The notes under the pieces are model-generated. The model saw nothing but the letters and a program-made list of their open reading frames with translations, was not told the origin of the DNA and ran no database searches. This document shows, piece after piece, positions 29,701-39,362 of a stretch of DNA of 64,000 nucleotides; the stretch's first letter is position 1, and each line of letters opens with the position of its first letter. Location: the NCBI GenBank assembly GCA_965203485.1, contig OZ241892.1:2656001-2720000 (forward strand). The letters are read 5' to 3'. The position numbers were made by a program, and so were the translations under genes. The stretch comes from Longimicrobiales bacterium. GTDB lineage: Bacteria > Gemmatimonadota > Gemmatimonadetes > Longimicrobiales > Gaopeijiaceae.

Positions 29701-30100
29701 ACTTGAAGACGCCGCACCCCCAAGGCGTGCTCTGCCGGTTCTGCGGCTCGCCCGTCCCGGCCCAAACCACGTTGGGGTTGGCCTGGAAGACGGTGACGTC
29801 GCCGATCGACGCGCACGGCTGCTCGTCGAAGAGCGGCGTCCACGACATGCCATTGTTCTCCGTCAGCCACACCCCGCCCGAAGCCAGCCCCACGTAGAAC
29901 TTGACCGGATTGGACTCGACGGGCGCCACATCCGACACCCGCCCGCCCATGATCGCCGGGCCGACTTCGCGGAACTCCAGGGCGTCGAGAGCTTCTTGGA
30001 GAGGGGAGGCGACGGAGTTCGGCTGGCTGATCGTCGCAGCCCCGACGGTGGCCGGGGCGGTCGCCGCGAGAGCGGCTAGCAACAGCGAAGGTGCGGACAT
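26771..30100 (-). CDS. Second secreted VPS10/BNR repeat protein
   Basis: Signal peptide, GPAIMGGRV, Asp boxes, HVDHH, GGLQDN, THGRS; G/E/A-rich low-complexity insert near the C-terminus. Confidence 0.88.
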   Translation of the reverse strand: MSAPSLLLAALAATAPATVGAATISQPNSVASPLQEALDALEFREVGPAIMGGRVSDVAPVESNPVKFYVGLASGGVWLTENNGMSWTPLFDEQPCASIGDVTVFQANPNVVWAGTGEPQNRQSTPWGCGVFKSTDGGRTWDGVGLEDTRHVARIALHPRDPDVAYVAAVGHLFGPNEERGVFRTTDGGATWERALWVDEDTGAIDLVMDPSDPRTLFAAMYQRRRTAFGFSAAGPGSGLYRTTDGGDTWTELTRGLPGGDKGRIGVDVHRRDGALVYALVESRGDGRGLYRSTDRGDSWQKVSSRNPRPMYFSMVRVDPNNPERVYLGGVRFSASDDGGRTWWEGDAAQGIHVDHHALWIDPADSDHLVLGNDGGVATSFDGGRTWRHHNNIAIGQFYEIGVDMSDPYRVCGGLQDNSSWCAPNETITGYGLRNRDWRDVWGGDGFYNQFDPNDPNILYTESQGGNSGRVNLATGEALNMRPVPPPGESRPSEDESAQGDEERRYRYNWNAPIVVSAHNSSTVYVGANHLMRSRDKGMSWEEASPDLTKAIDRDSLPIMGALVTDSTLSRHDGIATYGNITTIDESPLSPDVIYVGTDDGNVQVTRDGGSSWTNVADKVPGLPERSYVSRIDASHHAAGRVYATFDRHWDDDYAPYVYGSDDYGESWRRMTDGLPDWSVNVIREHPRSENLLFAGNEIGVFVSLDRGGSWRRMKGLPTVPVDDMVVHPRENDLVVGTHGRSIWILDDLAPLEDLATGSVFDKNAHLFPVAGATQWFRMGGWPFRGDVYEAANPPDGAVIRYWLAEGVDSATLSVTSEDGGPVRTLEATAGPGVNQVVWDLREDAPVEMPEGQDGGPGGGGFGGAPRGPLVLPGAYVVQLEAGGQTMQEDVAVRLDPRASADMEALQARQEAARDVATLNGTIALAARALRRLSEQLEAAEDLLRVAGGDDGDAGRADVGGVEGAGETEAAGEAAGAGEGADPGEGAGTGEGAEAAEDATEDAGHIAALKEQAETLAAEVDSLQRRLQRARPGRAASGIERNAGPPSKGQLLAVAHAWEQVPALVEQVNEYVEERVPEFHRRMNEAGVRPKAGEPVALPSRRPPPSSSQ

Positions 30101-30585
30101 CACGGCTCTCTTGGCGGCTGTGGATGGGATGCGAGCGCGGGGCGTTCGCCGTTGCAACTTATTCGCCTTCCGGTTGCTCGCCAAGCACGTGCCTCGGGCT
30201 CCGCCCCGACGGACGAGCTCGATCACGAGCGGGCGCTCGCTCCAAGGCGTGGAGCGGCCGGGCCGGCGCACTGGTCCCGTCTCGTCCTGAACAGTCCGCC
30301 CGAAGTCCGCCGACTGCCACCCCACCCGGACACTGGAGACGACGCCCAACGAGCGCCAGGTTGCCGAAGACCGGCCGGACTGCTATCAGTTGTATGTTGT
30401 GACCGACTGCGCCAACCAGCCGAAGTTGCGAGAGCCCAGGCTCGACCCGGCCCAGCTCCCCTGGCGGAGGGCCGCATGGTCCAGCGCTGGCGACGCTCGG
30501 AGAACACCATGACGCAACCGACGACCGGGCGAGAGAGCGGAGCAGGGCCGAGGAGACGACGCAACGAAGGAGCCGACGGGTGACG

Positions 30586-31990
30586 ATGGATTTGGCGGAC
30601 GTTCGGCGGTTGGTTGCTACCGGAGAGTCGGAAACCGTCGAACTCAAGGGCAGCACGGCCGAGCGCGATCCAGCCGCAAAGGCGTTGTGCGCAATGCTGA
30701 ATCACCGCCGGTGGCAAGGTCATCTTCGGCGTGAGCCCTGAGGGTGGGATTGTCGGCCAGGAAGTCAGTGGCCGCACGCTCGAACGGCTGGTCCAGCAGT
30801 TTGCGAAGATCGACCCACCGGTCTTTCCAAGCGTCGAGCGTGTTCCAGTCAGAGATAGTTTGGACGTCGTCGTGGTAACGGTCCTGGAGGGCCCGAATCG
30901 TCCTTATACCTACAACGGCCGAGCGTGGCGCCGGGTTGGCAACACCAATCGATCCCTGTCAAGTGACGAGCACAATCAAATGGTGCTGCAATTCATGCAT
31001 GCCCGGCGCAGATGGGAAAACGAAGTTGAATCGGATTGGGATATCGGCGATCTCGACACGAAGGAAATCGTTCGCACCGCCGAGAAGGCAATAAGCATTG
31101 GACGACTGGACGATCCGGACACACGAGACCCACTCGCGTTGTTGCGCGGCCTCGGCTTAACGCGGGATGACGTCCTTCTGCGTGCGGCGGTCGTGCTGTT
31201 CGGCAAGAAGGATCGCTTGTCGGCAGAGTATACGCAGTGCACAGTCAGGGCGGCAAGGTTTCCTGGGACGGACAAGTCGGAGTTCCTGGACAATCGGCAG
31301 TTTCATGGCCATGCATTCGAACTGTTGTCCAGCAGTCAACGCTTTGTTCGAGAGCACCTCCGCATCGCCGGCCGGTTCGAGCCTGACAATTTTCTTAGAA
31401 TCGACGAACCATCGTATCCGCCCCTTGCGGTGCGCGAAGCCTTGGCGAATGCGATTTGTCATCGGGACTACTCGGCAGGTGGCGGTGCCATACACGTCGC
31501 AATGTACGATGATCGATTGGAGATATCGTCTCCCGGCACCTTGCCGTTTGGCCTGACGCCAGAATCGTTGTTTGCGCCTCACGACTCCAAGCCCTGGAAC
31601 CCTCTCGTCGCGCACGTCTTTTTCCGGCGTGGAGTGGTGGAGATGTGGGGGCAGGGCACGCTGAAGATGCTCAAGCTGGCAACCGACGGAGGGTTGCCCA
31701 GGCCAGAGATCGAAGACGAACGGGGGTCGGTGACCGTTCGCTTTCGACCGAATGGCCGCATTGCTCGCTACGCCCACGTCAAGCTCTCCCGGCGGCACCG
31801 AGCCATCCTGGCGGCGCTTTCCGCCCAAGGGCCTCTTTCCCTCAGGGAAATCGTCGCCAGGATGCCCGCTGACGCGAGCGCCTCGAGGGAAGGCCGGAGG
31901 ATAAGAGAGGAATTGCGCGAGTTGCGCGCATTTCGCCTGGTTGAACACCGGGGAACCGGATCTGACAGACGCTGGGAGCGCGCTCGGTAG
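30586..31990 (+). pseudogene. Schlafen/AlbA_2 + HATPase_c_4 + wHTH protein with a +1 frameshift near 30709
   Basis: ATG 30586 gives MDLADVRRLVATGESETVELKGST...LCAMLNHR. One extra base follows, then GGKVIFGVSPEG continues in the 30731 ORF frame (REALANAICHRDY, YDDRLEISSPG, WNPLVA, C-terminal HTH). Confidence 0.8.
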
Positions 31991-32002
31991 AGCCAGTCGC
32001 CG

Positions 32003-33328
32003 GTGGACCGCGGCTCGCCGACATCAGGGCCGCTGGCGTCCCAGCCCTCAAAGTCGTATGTTGCAGTGTTGCCGGACGTCGGCATCCCCCAACCCGTTCG
32101 GATGCAGGAAGAAATGGATGCGCGGCGCGGCTCCGCCTCGACCAATCGCCGCTTCGGAGCGGCTGTCGCCGCCTCAACCCCCAACCACGACTTCGGCGCA
32201 AGAGCACGTACCTTGGCAACCTCCCGGAGATTCACCATCTACCTCGCCGGCCCCATCAACGGCTGCAACGAGGGACAGAAGCACAACTGGCGCAGAATGG
32301 TCAGGAAGAAGTACGCCGGCGACTTCGACTTCATCGATCCCAGCACCGACGACATGGCCTCCGCAGGCGCTAGCCCACGCGACTTGGTGGAGGCCGACGT
32401 CAAGAACATCGAGCGCTCGGACGGCATCCTGGCCAACATGTGGCGCGAGTCCATCGGCACGACGCTCGGCATCGTGCACGCCTCGCGCAAGGACCGCCCC
32501 GTCGTGGTCGCCGACCCGAACGGGTTGCGCCACCGAATGCTGGAGTTCTACGCCGACGCGACGGCGGACAACCCGCTTCGGGCCGCAAAGAGACTGCGCG
32601 AAATCCTGCGGGCGGAAACGAGCTGGCACGTGCTCAAGTCCGGGGGACGCAGGGAACCGTTCACGCGGCGCAAGATCAGGTTGTCCGTCCAGCAGCTCTG
32701 CCGGCAAGCCAACGCCGACGACCTCGGCGTCCCCGTCGTCGTCTTGTCTCAGGTCATGGAGATCCTGGCCAAGGGAGACCGCCGCATCGAGAACACGATC
32801 GCCACGACGGACATCGGCGACGCCGTGCTAAGGGTCCTCAAGAGAATGGAGCGCAAGCGAGACCCCGACTTCTTGGGCCTCTCCAATCAATGGCGGCAGC
32901 ATTCCCAGGACCGCCGCGTCGCCCATCCGCGCCGCCCGCAACCTCCCGCGCCCGGCCGGATTCGCGTCCGGATCATCTCTCGGAAGGCGCACAGCACAAT
33001 CTGGGGCAAGGCGATTCGCCGCATCGAAGACATTCCGTCCCCCGCCGCCCGGCGGGTACTGGACACCGTTCAGTCCGCCCCCGACGTGGCCGAGATCACT
33101 TTCGGCCCGTTCAGCAACAAGATGTCAAAGGTCTCATGCTGCGCCTCCGTCGCCGAGTCGGACACCCCATTCGTGATCGAGGGACGGCTGTTCGACCGAG
33201 GCGAAAAGGGCACGTTGCAGACGTTCCAGGTGCGGGTCCGGGACGCCGACGCGAAGGCGCAGGTCATGCACCACATCGCCAACGCCCTGAAACGAGGCGG
33301 GCTGTGGACCGGCCACGACGACATCTGA
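32003..33328 (+). CDS. Multidomain protein: nucleoside 2-deoxyribosyltransferase-like + ATP-cone + DUF2103-like domain
   Basis: IYLAGPI...DVKNIERSDGILA...SIGT; VLKSGGRREPFTRRKIRLSV; KAHSTI...VAEITFGPF. The real start may be later (32102 or 32213). Confidence 0.65.
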   Translation: MDRGSPTSGPLASQPSKSYVAVLPDVGIPQPVRMQEEMDARRGSASTNRRFGAAVAASTPNHDFGARARTLATSRRFTIYLAGPINGCNEGQKHNWRRMVRKKYAGDFDFIDPSTDDMASAGASPRDLVEADVKNIERSDGILANMWRESIGTTLGIVHASRKDRPVVVADPNGLRHRMLEFYADATADNPLRAAKRLREILRAETSWHVLKSGGRREPFTRRKIRLSVQQLCRQANADDLGVPVVVLSQVMEILAKGDRRIENTIATTDIGDAVLRVLKRMERKRDPDFLGLSNQWRQHSQDRRVAHPRRPQPPAPGRIRVRIISRKAHSTIWGKAIRRIEDIPSPAARRVLDTVQSAPDVAEITFGPFSNKMSKVSCCASVAESDTPFVIEGRLFDRGEKGTLQTFQVRVRDADAKAQVMHHIANALKRGGLWTGHDDI

Positions 33329-33485
33329 TTGCCGGGACCCCGTGCTACTCGTCCGACGTTCCGCCTTCAACTCCCCTTCCCCCTTGCTCCTGGCTTGACC
33401 GACCCTCCCCCGTCGCGTTATGATTCCCCTCCCTCAGCGTCCTTGCTGACGGTGCCCGGCCAGCCATGCAACACCCTAGCCGTTC

Positions 33486-34877
33486 ATGATCTTTCGCTTC
33501 GAGAACATCGGCCCGATCACACGCGCTGATCTTGCGCTCGGCGATTTCACGATTATTGCAGGGCGCAACAACACGGGCAAGACCTACGCCGTCTACGCGC
33601 TCTACGGCTTTCTGAAGAACTGGCGTGCCCTCCGGACGTCCCGCACGCTCATTGCCCAACTCCCTCATCTTCGCCTGACGTCCTCCAAGCTCCATTCGCT
33701 CGCAAACGACCTGGCGACGTCGGGCACCGGTCGCATTTCCGTATCCGACAACGCGCTCATGAATGCACGATTCGTTCTCGTCGATCGACTGGCCTCGCAT
33801 TTCTCCGATGCCGGTCTCCCCGCCGTCTTTAGTTCTACTTCCGACGCCTTCGAGAACGCGAAGTTGCATATCGCGTTGAACGACGATCTCCCCGGCCATG
33901 GCTTTACGCCCGTAGACATTGAGACTCCCGGAAAGAATCGCCTGATCGCAGAATACAAGGACGGCCATATCGTCGTTTCGTTCGTGCTCGAGGGAAACAA
34001 TCACTACGGACCCCATGCCGTCGCACGAATGCTTTCACCGTTGCTATTCATATTCTTGTGTCCGCGATTTCCGCAACCGTTCATTCTTTCAGCCGAGCGC
34101 TTCGGAATATCGTTGTTCTACAAGGAACTTGATTTCACCAAGAATCAACTGCTTGACTTGCTCCAGAACATCGACGACCGAAGCAGATCTCCGTATCTAA
34201 TAATCGACAAGACGTTGAGCAGGTATTCGCAACCGATAAAAGACAACATCGAGTACACCAGAGGCTTGTCCGATCTCAAGCGCATGAAGAATTCACTGGC
34301 GGATCGCGAAGTGTTCAACGACGTCAGAGACATGATGGGCGGCGACTATCGCGCTACGGACGACGCCATCCGCTTTCGTTCGAAGACGAGAGGCAAGCGC
34401 AGATTCGACGTTCCGCTTCATCTTGCGTCCTCGTCTGTTCGCGGGCTGTCCGACCTGTACTTCTACCTTCGTCACAAGGCAACGGACAACGATCTTCTGA
34501 TTATTGACGAACCCGAAAGTCATTTGGATACTCGTAATCAGATTGCCGTTGCACGGCTGCTGTCTCGACTAGTGCGAATGGGCATAAGAATTCTTGTGAC
34601 TACGCACAGTGACTATCTTCTCAAGGAAATAAACAACCTCGTGATGCTTCATCAAGTCGCATCTGTCAATGGAGACGCAATTCGAGAATTCGGGTACACG
34701 GAGCAGGATGCCTTGGACCCCACGCGTGTGCTCGCGTACGTTGCGGACCGACATACACTGAAGAGAGCCACTGTGGATGAATACGGCGTCGATATGCCAT
34801 TGTTCGACGATGCTATTGATGACATAAATCATATATCCAATTCTTTGTCGGCGTTCATCGACACCAGCAAATCATAA
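33486..34877 (+). CDS. ABC-type (AAA_15/AAA_21, AbiEii-like) ATPase
   Basis: FENIGPI, GRNNTGKT, ASSSVRG, IIDEPESHLD, TTHSDY. Confidence 0.88.
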   Translation: MIFRFENIGPITRADLALGDFTIIAGRNNTGKTYAVYALYGFLKNWRALRTSRTLIAQLPHLRLTSSKLHSLANDLATSGTGRISVSDNALMNARFVLVDRLASHFSDAGLPAVFSSTSDAFENAKLHIALNDDLPGHGFTPVDIETPGKNRLIAEYKDGHIVVSFVLEGNNHYGPHAVARMLSPLLFIFLCPRFPQPFILSAERFGISLFYKELDFTKNQLLDLLQNIDDRSRSPYLIIDKTLSRYSQPIKDNIEYTRGLSDLKRMKNSLADREVFNDVRDMMGGDYRATDDAIRFRSKTRGKRRFDVPLHLASSSVRGLSDLYFYLRHKATDNDLLIIDEPESHLDTRNQIAVARLLSRLVRMGIRILVTTHSDYLLKEINNLVMLHQVASVNGDAIREFGYTEQDALDPTRVLAYVADRHTLKRATVDEYGVDMPLFDDAIDDINHISNSLSAFIDTSKS

Positions 34878-34878
34878 T

Positions 34879-35454
34879 ATGGCCATGTCTTTCACCGATC
34901 AATTGCGTGATGTCCTGGAACCGAGGCGCCTGCTGATGCTCGAGCAAGGTGACGAAGACGGTTTAGCAAGGCTAGTCTTGAGGGACAGGCAATCCGAAGC
35001 GGTATTTGCGATTACCGCAATGCCGACTTCTGCGACTATTGTAAATTTTGATTCGATGAAGCACTTGGCGGGTATAAGGGAGACCAAGGGAAGCCAACTC
35101 AAGAAAATATGCGATTGCTTGATCGTCCTGCGCAACGACGAACGATATGAGGCCGTGCTGGTTGAGATGAAGAAGACGATGCGACATGGTGACGAGACCG
35201 CGAAAGAACAACTTCGTCGATCGTTGCCGCTATTGAAGTACTTGAAGAGCGTATGCGCGATCGAATATCGGAGCAAGCCGAGCGTGCGCGTGCACTACGC
35301 CGTCGTGGCCTACCAACGCAGCGACCGCTTTCCGAAGCAAGGGATTCGGAATTCGTTGGGGAGCCGGAGCGCCGACGAGGACTACGAAGGTATTCGGGTC
35401 AGGACGATCGTGGGATCTCCGACGACGGCGGCATCGTTGTGGACTGCGGACTGA
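34879..35454 (+). CDS. Putative PD-(D/E)XK-fold nuclease, partner of the ATPase
   Basis: KKICDCLIV...VLVEMKKT...AKEQL; starts 1 nt after the ATPase stop. Confidence 0.6.
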   Translation: MAMSFTDQLRDVLEPRRLLMLEQGDEDGLARLVLRDRQSEAVFAITAMPTSATIVNFDSMKHLAGIRETKGSQLKKICDCLIVLRNDERYEAVLVEMKKTMRHGDETAKEQLRRSLPLLKYLKSVCAIEYRSKPSVRVHYAVVAYQRSDRFPKQGIRNSLGSRSADEDYEGIRVRTIVGSPTTAASLWTAD

Positions 35455-35456
35455 TC

Positions 35457-38400
35457 GTGTCCGTGCGCACGGTGTGCGGGAAGACCGGCGGGACGTGGAC
35501 CGTTTGCCGGACAGTTCTTGTCGTCCTGGGCCTGCACTTGTCGTCCAGCGCCGCGGCCGCCCAGGGAGTGACCACCGGCGCCGTCGCCGGCTTCGTGCGG
35601 GACGCCGGCCAGCGGCCGATCGCGGGCGCGAGCATAACCGCAGTGCATGTGGAGTCGGGCACTCGCTACGTGGCGTCCAGCCGGTCTGGCGGCGCCTTTT
35701 CGTTGCCGAACATGCGCATTGGGGGGCCGTACCTGTTGTCGGCGGAGATGGTCGGGCACGCGACCGACGCCGAGGAGGAGGTGTTCGTGCTTCTTGGCCA
35801 AACCGTGCACGTCGACTTCATCCTGGAAGCCGAGGCCATTCGCTTGGCTGGCGTCGAGGTGACCGTGACGGCGGAGGAGCGTCGGCTCGCGGACCGCACC
35901 GGAGCCGCCACGTGGATCAGCCCTGACGAAGTGGCCGCCTTGCCGTCGGTCAAGCGCACGACGCGCGACTTGGTGCGCACCGACCCGCGCAACGACGGCA
36001 ACTTGTCGTTCGGCGGACGCAACTGGCTCTTCAACAACGTATCCCTGGACGGCTCCTACTTCAGCAACCCGTTCGGGCTGGACGATCCGGCGCCGGGCGG
36101 CCAGGCGAACGCCGAGCCCGTGCCCTTCGACGCGGTCGAGCAGGTGCACGTCTCAATCGCTCCGTTCGACGTGCGCGAAGGAGGCTTCACGGGCGCCAAC
36201 GTCAACACGGTGACCAAGAGCGGCACCAACGACTGGCGCGCGTCTGCCTACACGTTCGTGCGCAACGAGTCGCTGCTCGGCAACCGCGTCGACGGCAACA
36301 TCGTCTCGGCGCGCCCGGATCTGGCCTTCAACCAGTCGGGCGTCACGTTCTCGGGGCCGCTCGTGCGCAACAAGGTGCTGTTCTTCGTGAACGGCGAGAT
36401 CGAGCGGCGCGACGACCCAGGGACGGACTTCCTCGCCGACAGGGACGGCGTGGTGGACTTCGGCGAATCGCGGGTGCGCGCTTCGGTCATGGATTCGATT
36501 CGCGCCCGAATGATCTCCGAGTACGGCTACGATCCCGGCCCGTACGAAGGTTACGTGCACGAAACGGACAACGACAAGATGCTGGCCAAGCTGGACTGGA
36601 ACATCACCGGACGCCATCACCTTGTCTTCCGGTACAGCTACCTGAACGCTAGGCGAGAGCAAGGGCCGCATCCGTGGGCCATCGCGTTCAACAACACGGG
36701 CCGGGGCCCGAACGCGGCCTCGTTGCCCTTCCGCGACGCAGGCTACGAGATCAACAATCAGCTTAATTCGTTCGCGCTGGAACTCAACAGCCGGGGCGCT
36801 TCCTTCGCCAACCGCTTCTTCGCGAGCTGGAACCGCTTTCGCGACTTCCGCGTCCCCTTCAGCGCAGACTATCCGACGATCGAGATCGGCGAGGGCGGCA
36901 TCAGCTACACGACCTTGGGTCACGAACCCTTCTCGATTCGCAACATCGTGAACCAAGACGTCATTCAGTTGACGAACAACTTCACCCTGTATGCGGGCAT
37001 GCACGAGTTGACGGCGGGAGCCAACTTCGAGACGTTCGGTTTCGGCAACTCGTTCAACCTGTTCCGCCACGGGCTGTTCTTTCTGCCGTACTCGCTGTCC
37101 GTCGGCTCCACGTTCTCGTCGGTCGAGGAGTTCTTCGCCGGGACGGAGGGAGGCGCAAAGGACTTCGAGTCGATGATCGGCCGGGGACCCTACAAGGGCG
37201 AGAACACGGACGCGGGCCAGCTGTCGTTCTATGCGCAGGACAAGTTCGTCCTGGGCGGCCGCGTGACAGTGACCGCCGGGCTTCGCGTGGACATGCCGAT
37301 GTACTTCACCGATCCGGTGGACAATCCTTTCTCCAGAGGGCTCGCGGCCCGCGACCGCGACGGCAACCCCGAGATCGTCGACCAGAGCGCGTTGCCGGGG
37401 GCGACGCCGGTCCTCTCGCCGCGCGTCGGCTTCAACTGGGACGTCGCCGGAGACGGCTCGACCCGCGTGCGCGGCGGAACGGGCTTGTTCACCGGGCGGA
37501 TTCCGTTCGTCTGGCTGGGCAATGTGATCTCGAACCCCGGGGCCAACCCGAACATCTGGGCGCCCGGCACGAACGAGGACGTCCCGCAAGTCCGCACGGC
37601 CGAGAACACCGTCCTTCAGCAGTCGTTCGACCTGAACGCGCTGGACTCCGACTTCCGCTGGCCGCAGGTCTGGGTGACCGACGTGGCCGTCGACCAGCGC
37701 TTGGCGAAGGGTCTCGTCGGCACCGTCGAACTCGTCTATGGAAACGACGTCGCCGCCATCGTGGCGAGGAACGCCGACCTAGGCCCGCCGGTGCGGACCC
37801 TGCGCGACGGCCGTCCCTACTACGGCGGCGCGGGCGCGAACGAGCTGAACCCCGACGGCGGCGCCGGCATCTACGTGATGGACAACATCGACGACGGCTA
37901 CAACGCGAGCCTGTCGGCTCAGTTGCGCAAGTCGTTCGAGAACGGCGCCGGCGCGTCGCTGTCGTACGCCTTCACGCAGGCCAAGAACGCCCTCAAGTCG
38001 ACCGAGATCGCGTCGGTTCTCTGGCAGAACCTGCCGGTCCAGGGCGATCCCAACAACCCGCGTCTGTCGTGGTCCGAGTTCGGCCCAAGGCACCGGCTCG
38101 TGGCGACGGCCACGTACACGCACCGGTGGTCGGAGCGCTTCGCGACCCGCTTCGGCCTATTCGGCGAAGTTGCGCGGGGCGGACGCTTCACGGCGGCGGG
38201 CGGCAACCGCTTCTCGTTCGTCTACGCCGGGGACGTCAACGGGGACGGACAGGCCGGCAACGACCTCATCTACGTTCCGCGCAACCAAAGCGACATCAAC
38301 CTGGCCGACCCGGCCGACTGGCCGCTCCTCGACGCCTTCATCGAGCAGGACGAGTACCTGCGGGGACGCCGCGGCCAAATCGCCGAGCGCATGGGCGCGC

Positions 38401-38693
38401 TGGCCCCGTGGTTCGCCAACCTGGACATCCGCGTGCTTCAGGACATCGCCCTTGCGGGCCAGACTCTCCAGCTCAGCATGGACGCGCTGAACGTGGGCAA
38501 TCTCCTCAACAGCGGCTGGGGAGTGCGCAAGGTCGCCGACCCCAGCGCCACGTCGCCGCTGCGCCTGGTCGAGTTCGACGCGGCGGGCGAGCCCGTGCTG
38601 GACTTCGTCGGCCCCGCCAAGACCTTCGTCGCCGATCCCGGCATCTTCTCGCGCTGGCGCATCCAGCTGGGAGCGCGCGTGATCGTGGGATGA
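35457..38693 (+). CDS. TonB-dependent receptor (Oar-like) with an N-terminal carboxypeptidase-regulatory-like domain
   Basis: Signal peptide ending AAAQ, GGPY, NNVSLDG, GGFTGANVNTVTKSGTN, SPRVGFNWD, C-terminal RIQLGARV. Start is approximate. Confidence 0.9.
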   Translation: MSVRTVCGKTGGTWTVCRTVLVVLGLHLSSSAAAAQGVTTGAVAGFVRDAGQRPIAGASITAVHVESGTRYVASSRSGGAFSLPNMRIGGPYLLSAEMVGHATDAEEEVFVLLGQTVHVDFILEAEAIRLAGVEVTVTAEERRLADRTGAATWISPDEVAALPSVKRTTRDLVRTDPRNDGNLSFGGRNWLFNNVSLDGSYFSNPFGLDDPAPGGQANAEPVPFDAVEQVHVSIAPFDVREGGFTGANVNTVTKSGTNDWRASAYTFVRNESLLGNRVDGNIVSARPDLAFNQSGVTFSGPLVRNKVLFFVNGEIERRDDPGTDFLADRDGVVDFGESRVRASVMDSIRARMISEYGYDPGPYEGYVHETDNDKMLAKLDWNITGRHHLVFRYSYLNARREQGPHPWAIAFNNTGRGPNAASLPFRDAGYEINNQLNSFALELNSRGASFANRFFASWNRFRDFRVPFSADYPTIEIGEGGISYTTLGHEPFSIRNIVNQDVIQLTNNFTLYAGMHELTAGANFETFGFGNSFNLFRHGLFFLPYSLSVGSTFSSVEEFFAGTEGGAKDFESMIGRGPYKGENTDAGQLSFYAQDKFVLGGRVTVTAGLRVDMPMYFTDPVDNPFSRGLAARDRDGNPEIVDQSALPGATPVLSPRVGFNWDVAGDGSTRVRGGTGLFTGRIPFVWLGNVISNPGANPNIWAPGTNEDVPQVRTAENTVLQQSFDLNALDSDFRWPQVWVTDVAVDQRLAKGLVGTVELVYGNDVAAIVARNADLGPPVRTLRDGRPYYGGAGANELNPDGGAGIYVMDNIDDGYNASLSAQLRKSFENGAGASLSYAFTQAKNALKSTEIASVLWQNLPVQGDPNNPRLSWSEFGPRHRLVATATYTHRWSERFATRFGLFGEVARGGRFTAAGGNRFSFVYAGDVNGDGQAGNDLIYVPRNQSDINLADPADWPLLDAFIEQDEYLRGRRGQIAERMGALAPWFANLDIRVLQDIALAGQTLQLSMDALNVGNLLNSGWGVRKVADPSATSPLRLVEFDAAGEPVLDFVGPAKTFVADPGIFSRWRIQLGARVIVG

Positions 38694-38732
38694 CGACGAC
38701 GACGCGCGGCCCATCGCCCCGGCAACAAGAAA

Positions 38733-38762
38733 AAAGCCTGCCCGCGCAAGGCGAACAGGCTT
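38733..38762. terminator. Possible hairpin terminator between the convergent TonB receptor gene and tRNA array
   Basis: AAGCCTG...CAGGCTT stem preceded by an A-run (a U-run on the minus strand); the loop is long. Confidence 0.35.
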
Positions 38763-38800
38763 GGGCGGGGGGTTTTGGGCCCCACTGAAGAAGCAGAGAG

Positions 38801-38884
38801 CGGAGGCGGAGGGACTCGAACCCCCAAGTGCTCGCGCACGCCGCATTTCGAGTGCGGTGCCTTACCAGTTAGGACTACGCCTCC
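38801..38884 (-). tRNA. tRNA-Ser(CGA)
   Basis: Anticodon arm CCGCA-CT CGA AA-TGCGG, long variable arm, GTTCGAG T-loop. Confidence 0.93.
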
Positions 38885-38918
38885 AAGTGGTGCGGCCGGA
38901 TGGGTGTGCCGACCGAAA

Positions 38919-38992
38919 TCGGGGCGCCCGGATTTGAACCGGGGACCTCTGCGACCCGAACGCAGCGCTCTACCGGGCTGAGCCACGCCCCG
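38919..38992 (-). tRNA. tRNA-Pro(CGG)
   Basis: CTGCG-TT CGG GT-CGCAG; GTTCAAATC. Confidence 0.95.
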
Positions 38993-39125
38993 TGGTTTTT
39001 GGATGATTGCGGCATCGGTCTCGCGGAACCGCCGAGAACGCCCCGGACGTCGCCGCAAACGCCGCGGCGCTGTCCTTGTGGCAACCCGGCAACCCAGCGA
39101 TCCGGCGATCCCAGGAACACGAGAG

Positions 39126-39209
39126 CGGACGGGGTGGGATTCGAACCCACGCGGGCGGATGCCCACACGATTTCCAGTCGTGCGCCTTAAGCCACTCGGC
39201 CACCCGTCC
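39126..39209 (-). tRNA. tRNA-Ser(GGA)
   Basis: CACGA-CT GGA AA-TCGTG; long variable arm. Confidence 0.95.
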
Positions 39210-39273
39210 TCGGGACGCCCCCGGACCACGGCGCCGCCTGCGCGCCCAGCCCGGCGTCCTTCGGAACAGAAAG

Positions 39274-39358
39274 CGGAGGGAGTGGGATTCGAACCCACGT
39301 GGCCACATGGACCAACGCCTTAGCAGGGCGCCGCTTTTAGCCGCTCAGCCATCCCTCC
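39274..39358 (-). tRNA. tRNA-Ser(GCT)
   Basis: GCGCC-CT GCT AA-GGCGT; long variable arm. Confidence 0.93.
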
Positions 39359-39362
39359 CGAA

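Noticed and set aside
38801..38830. tRNA-Ser(CGA) 3' end as the integration site of the defence island
   Set aside because: I found no duplicated tRNA 3' end and no integrase in the window
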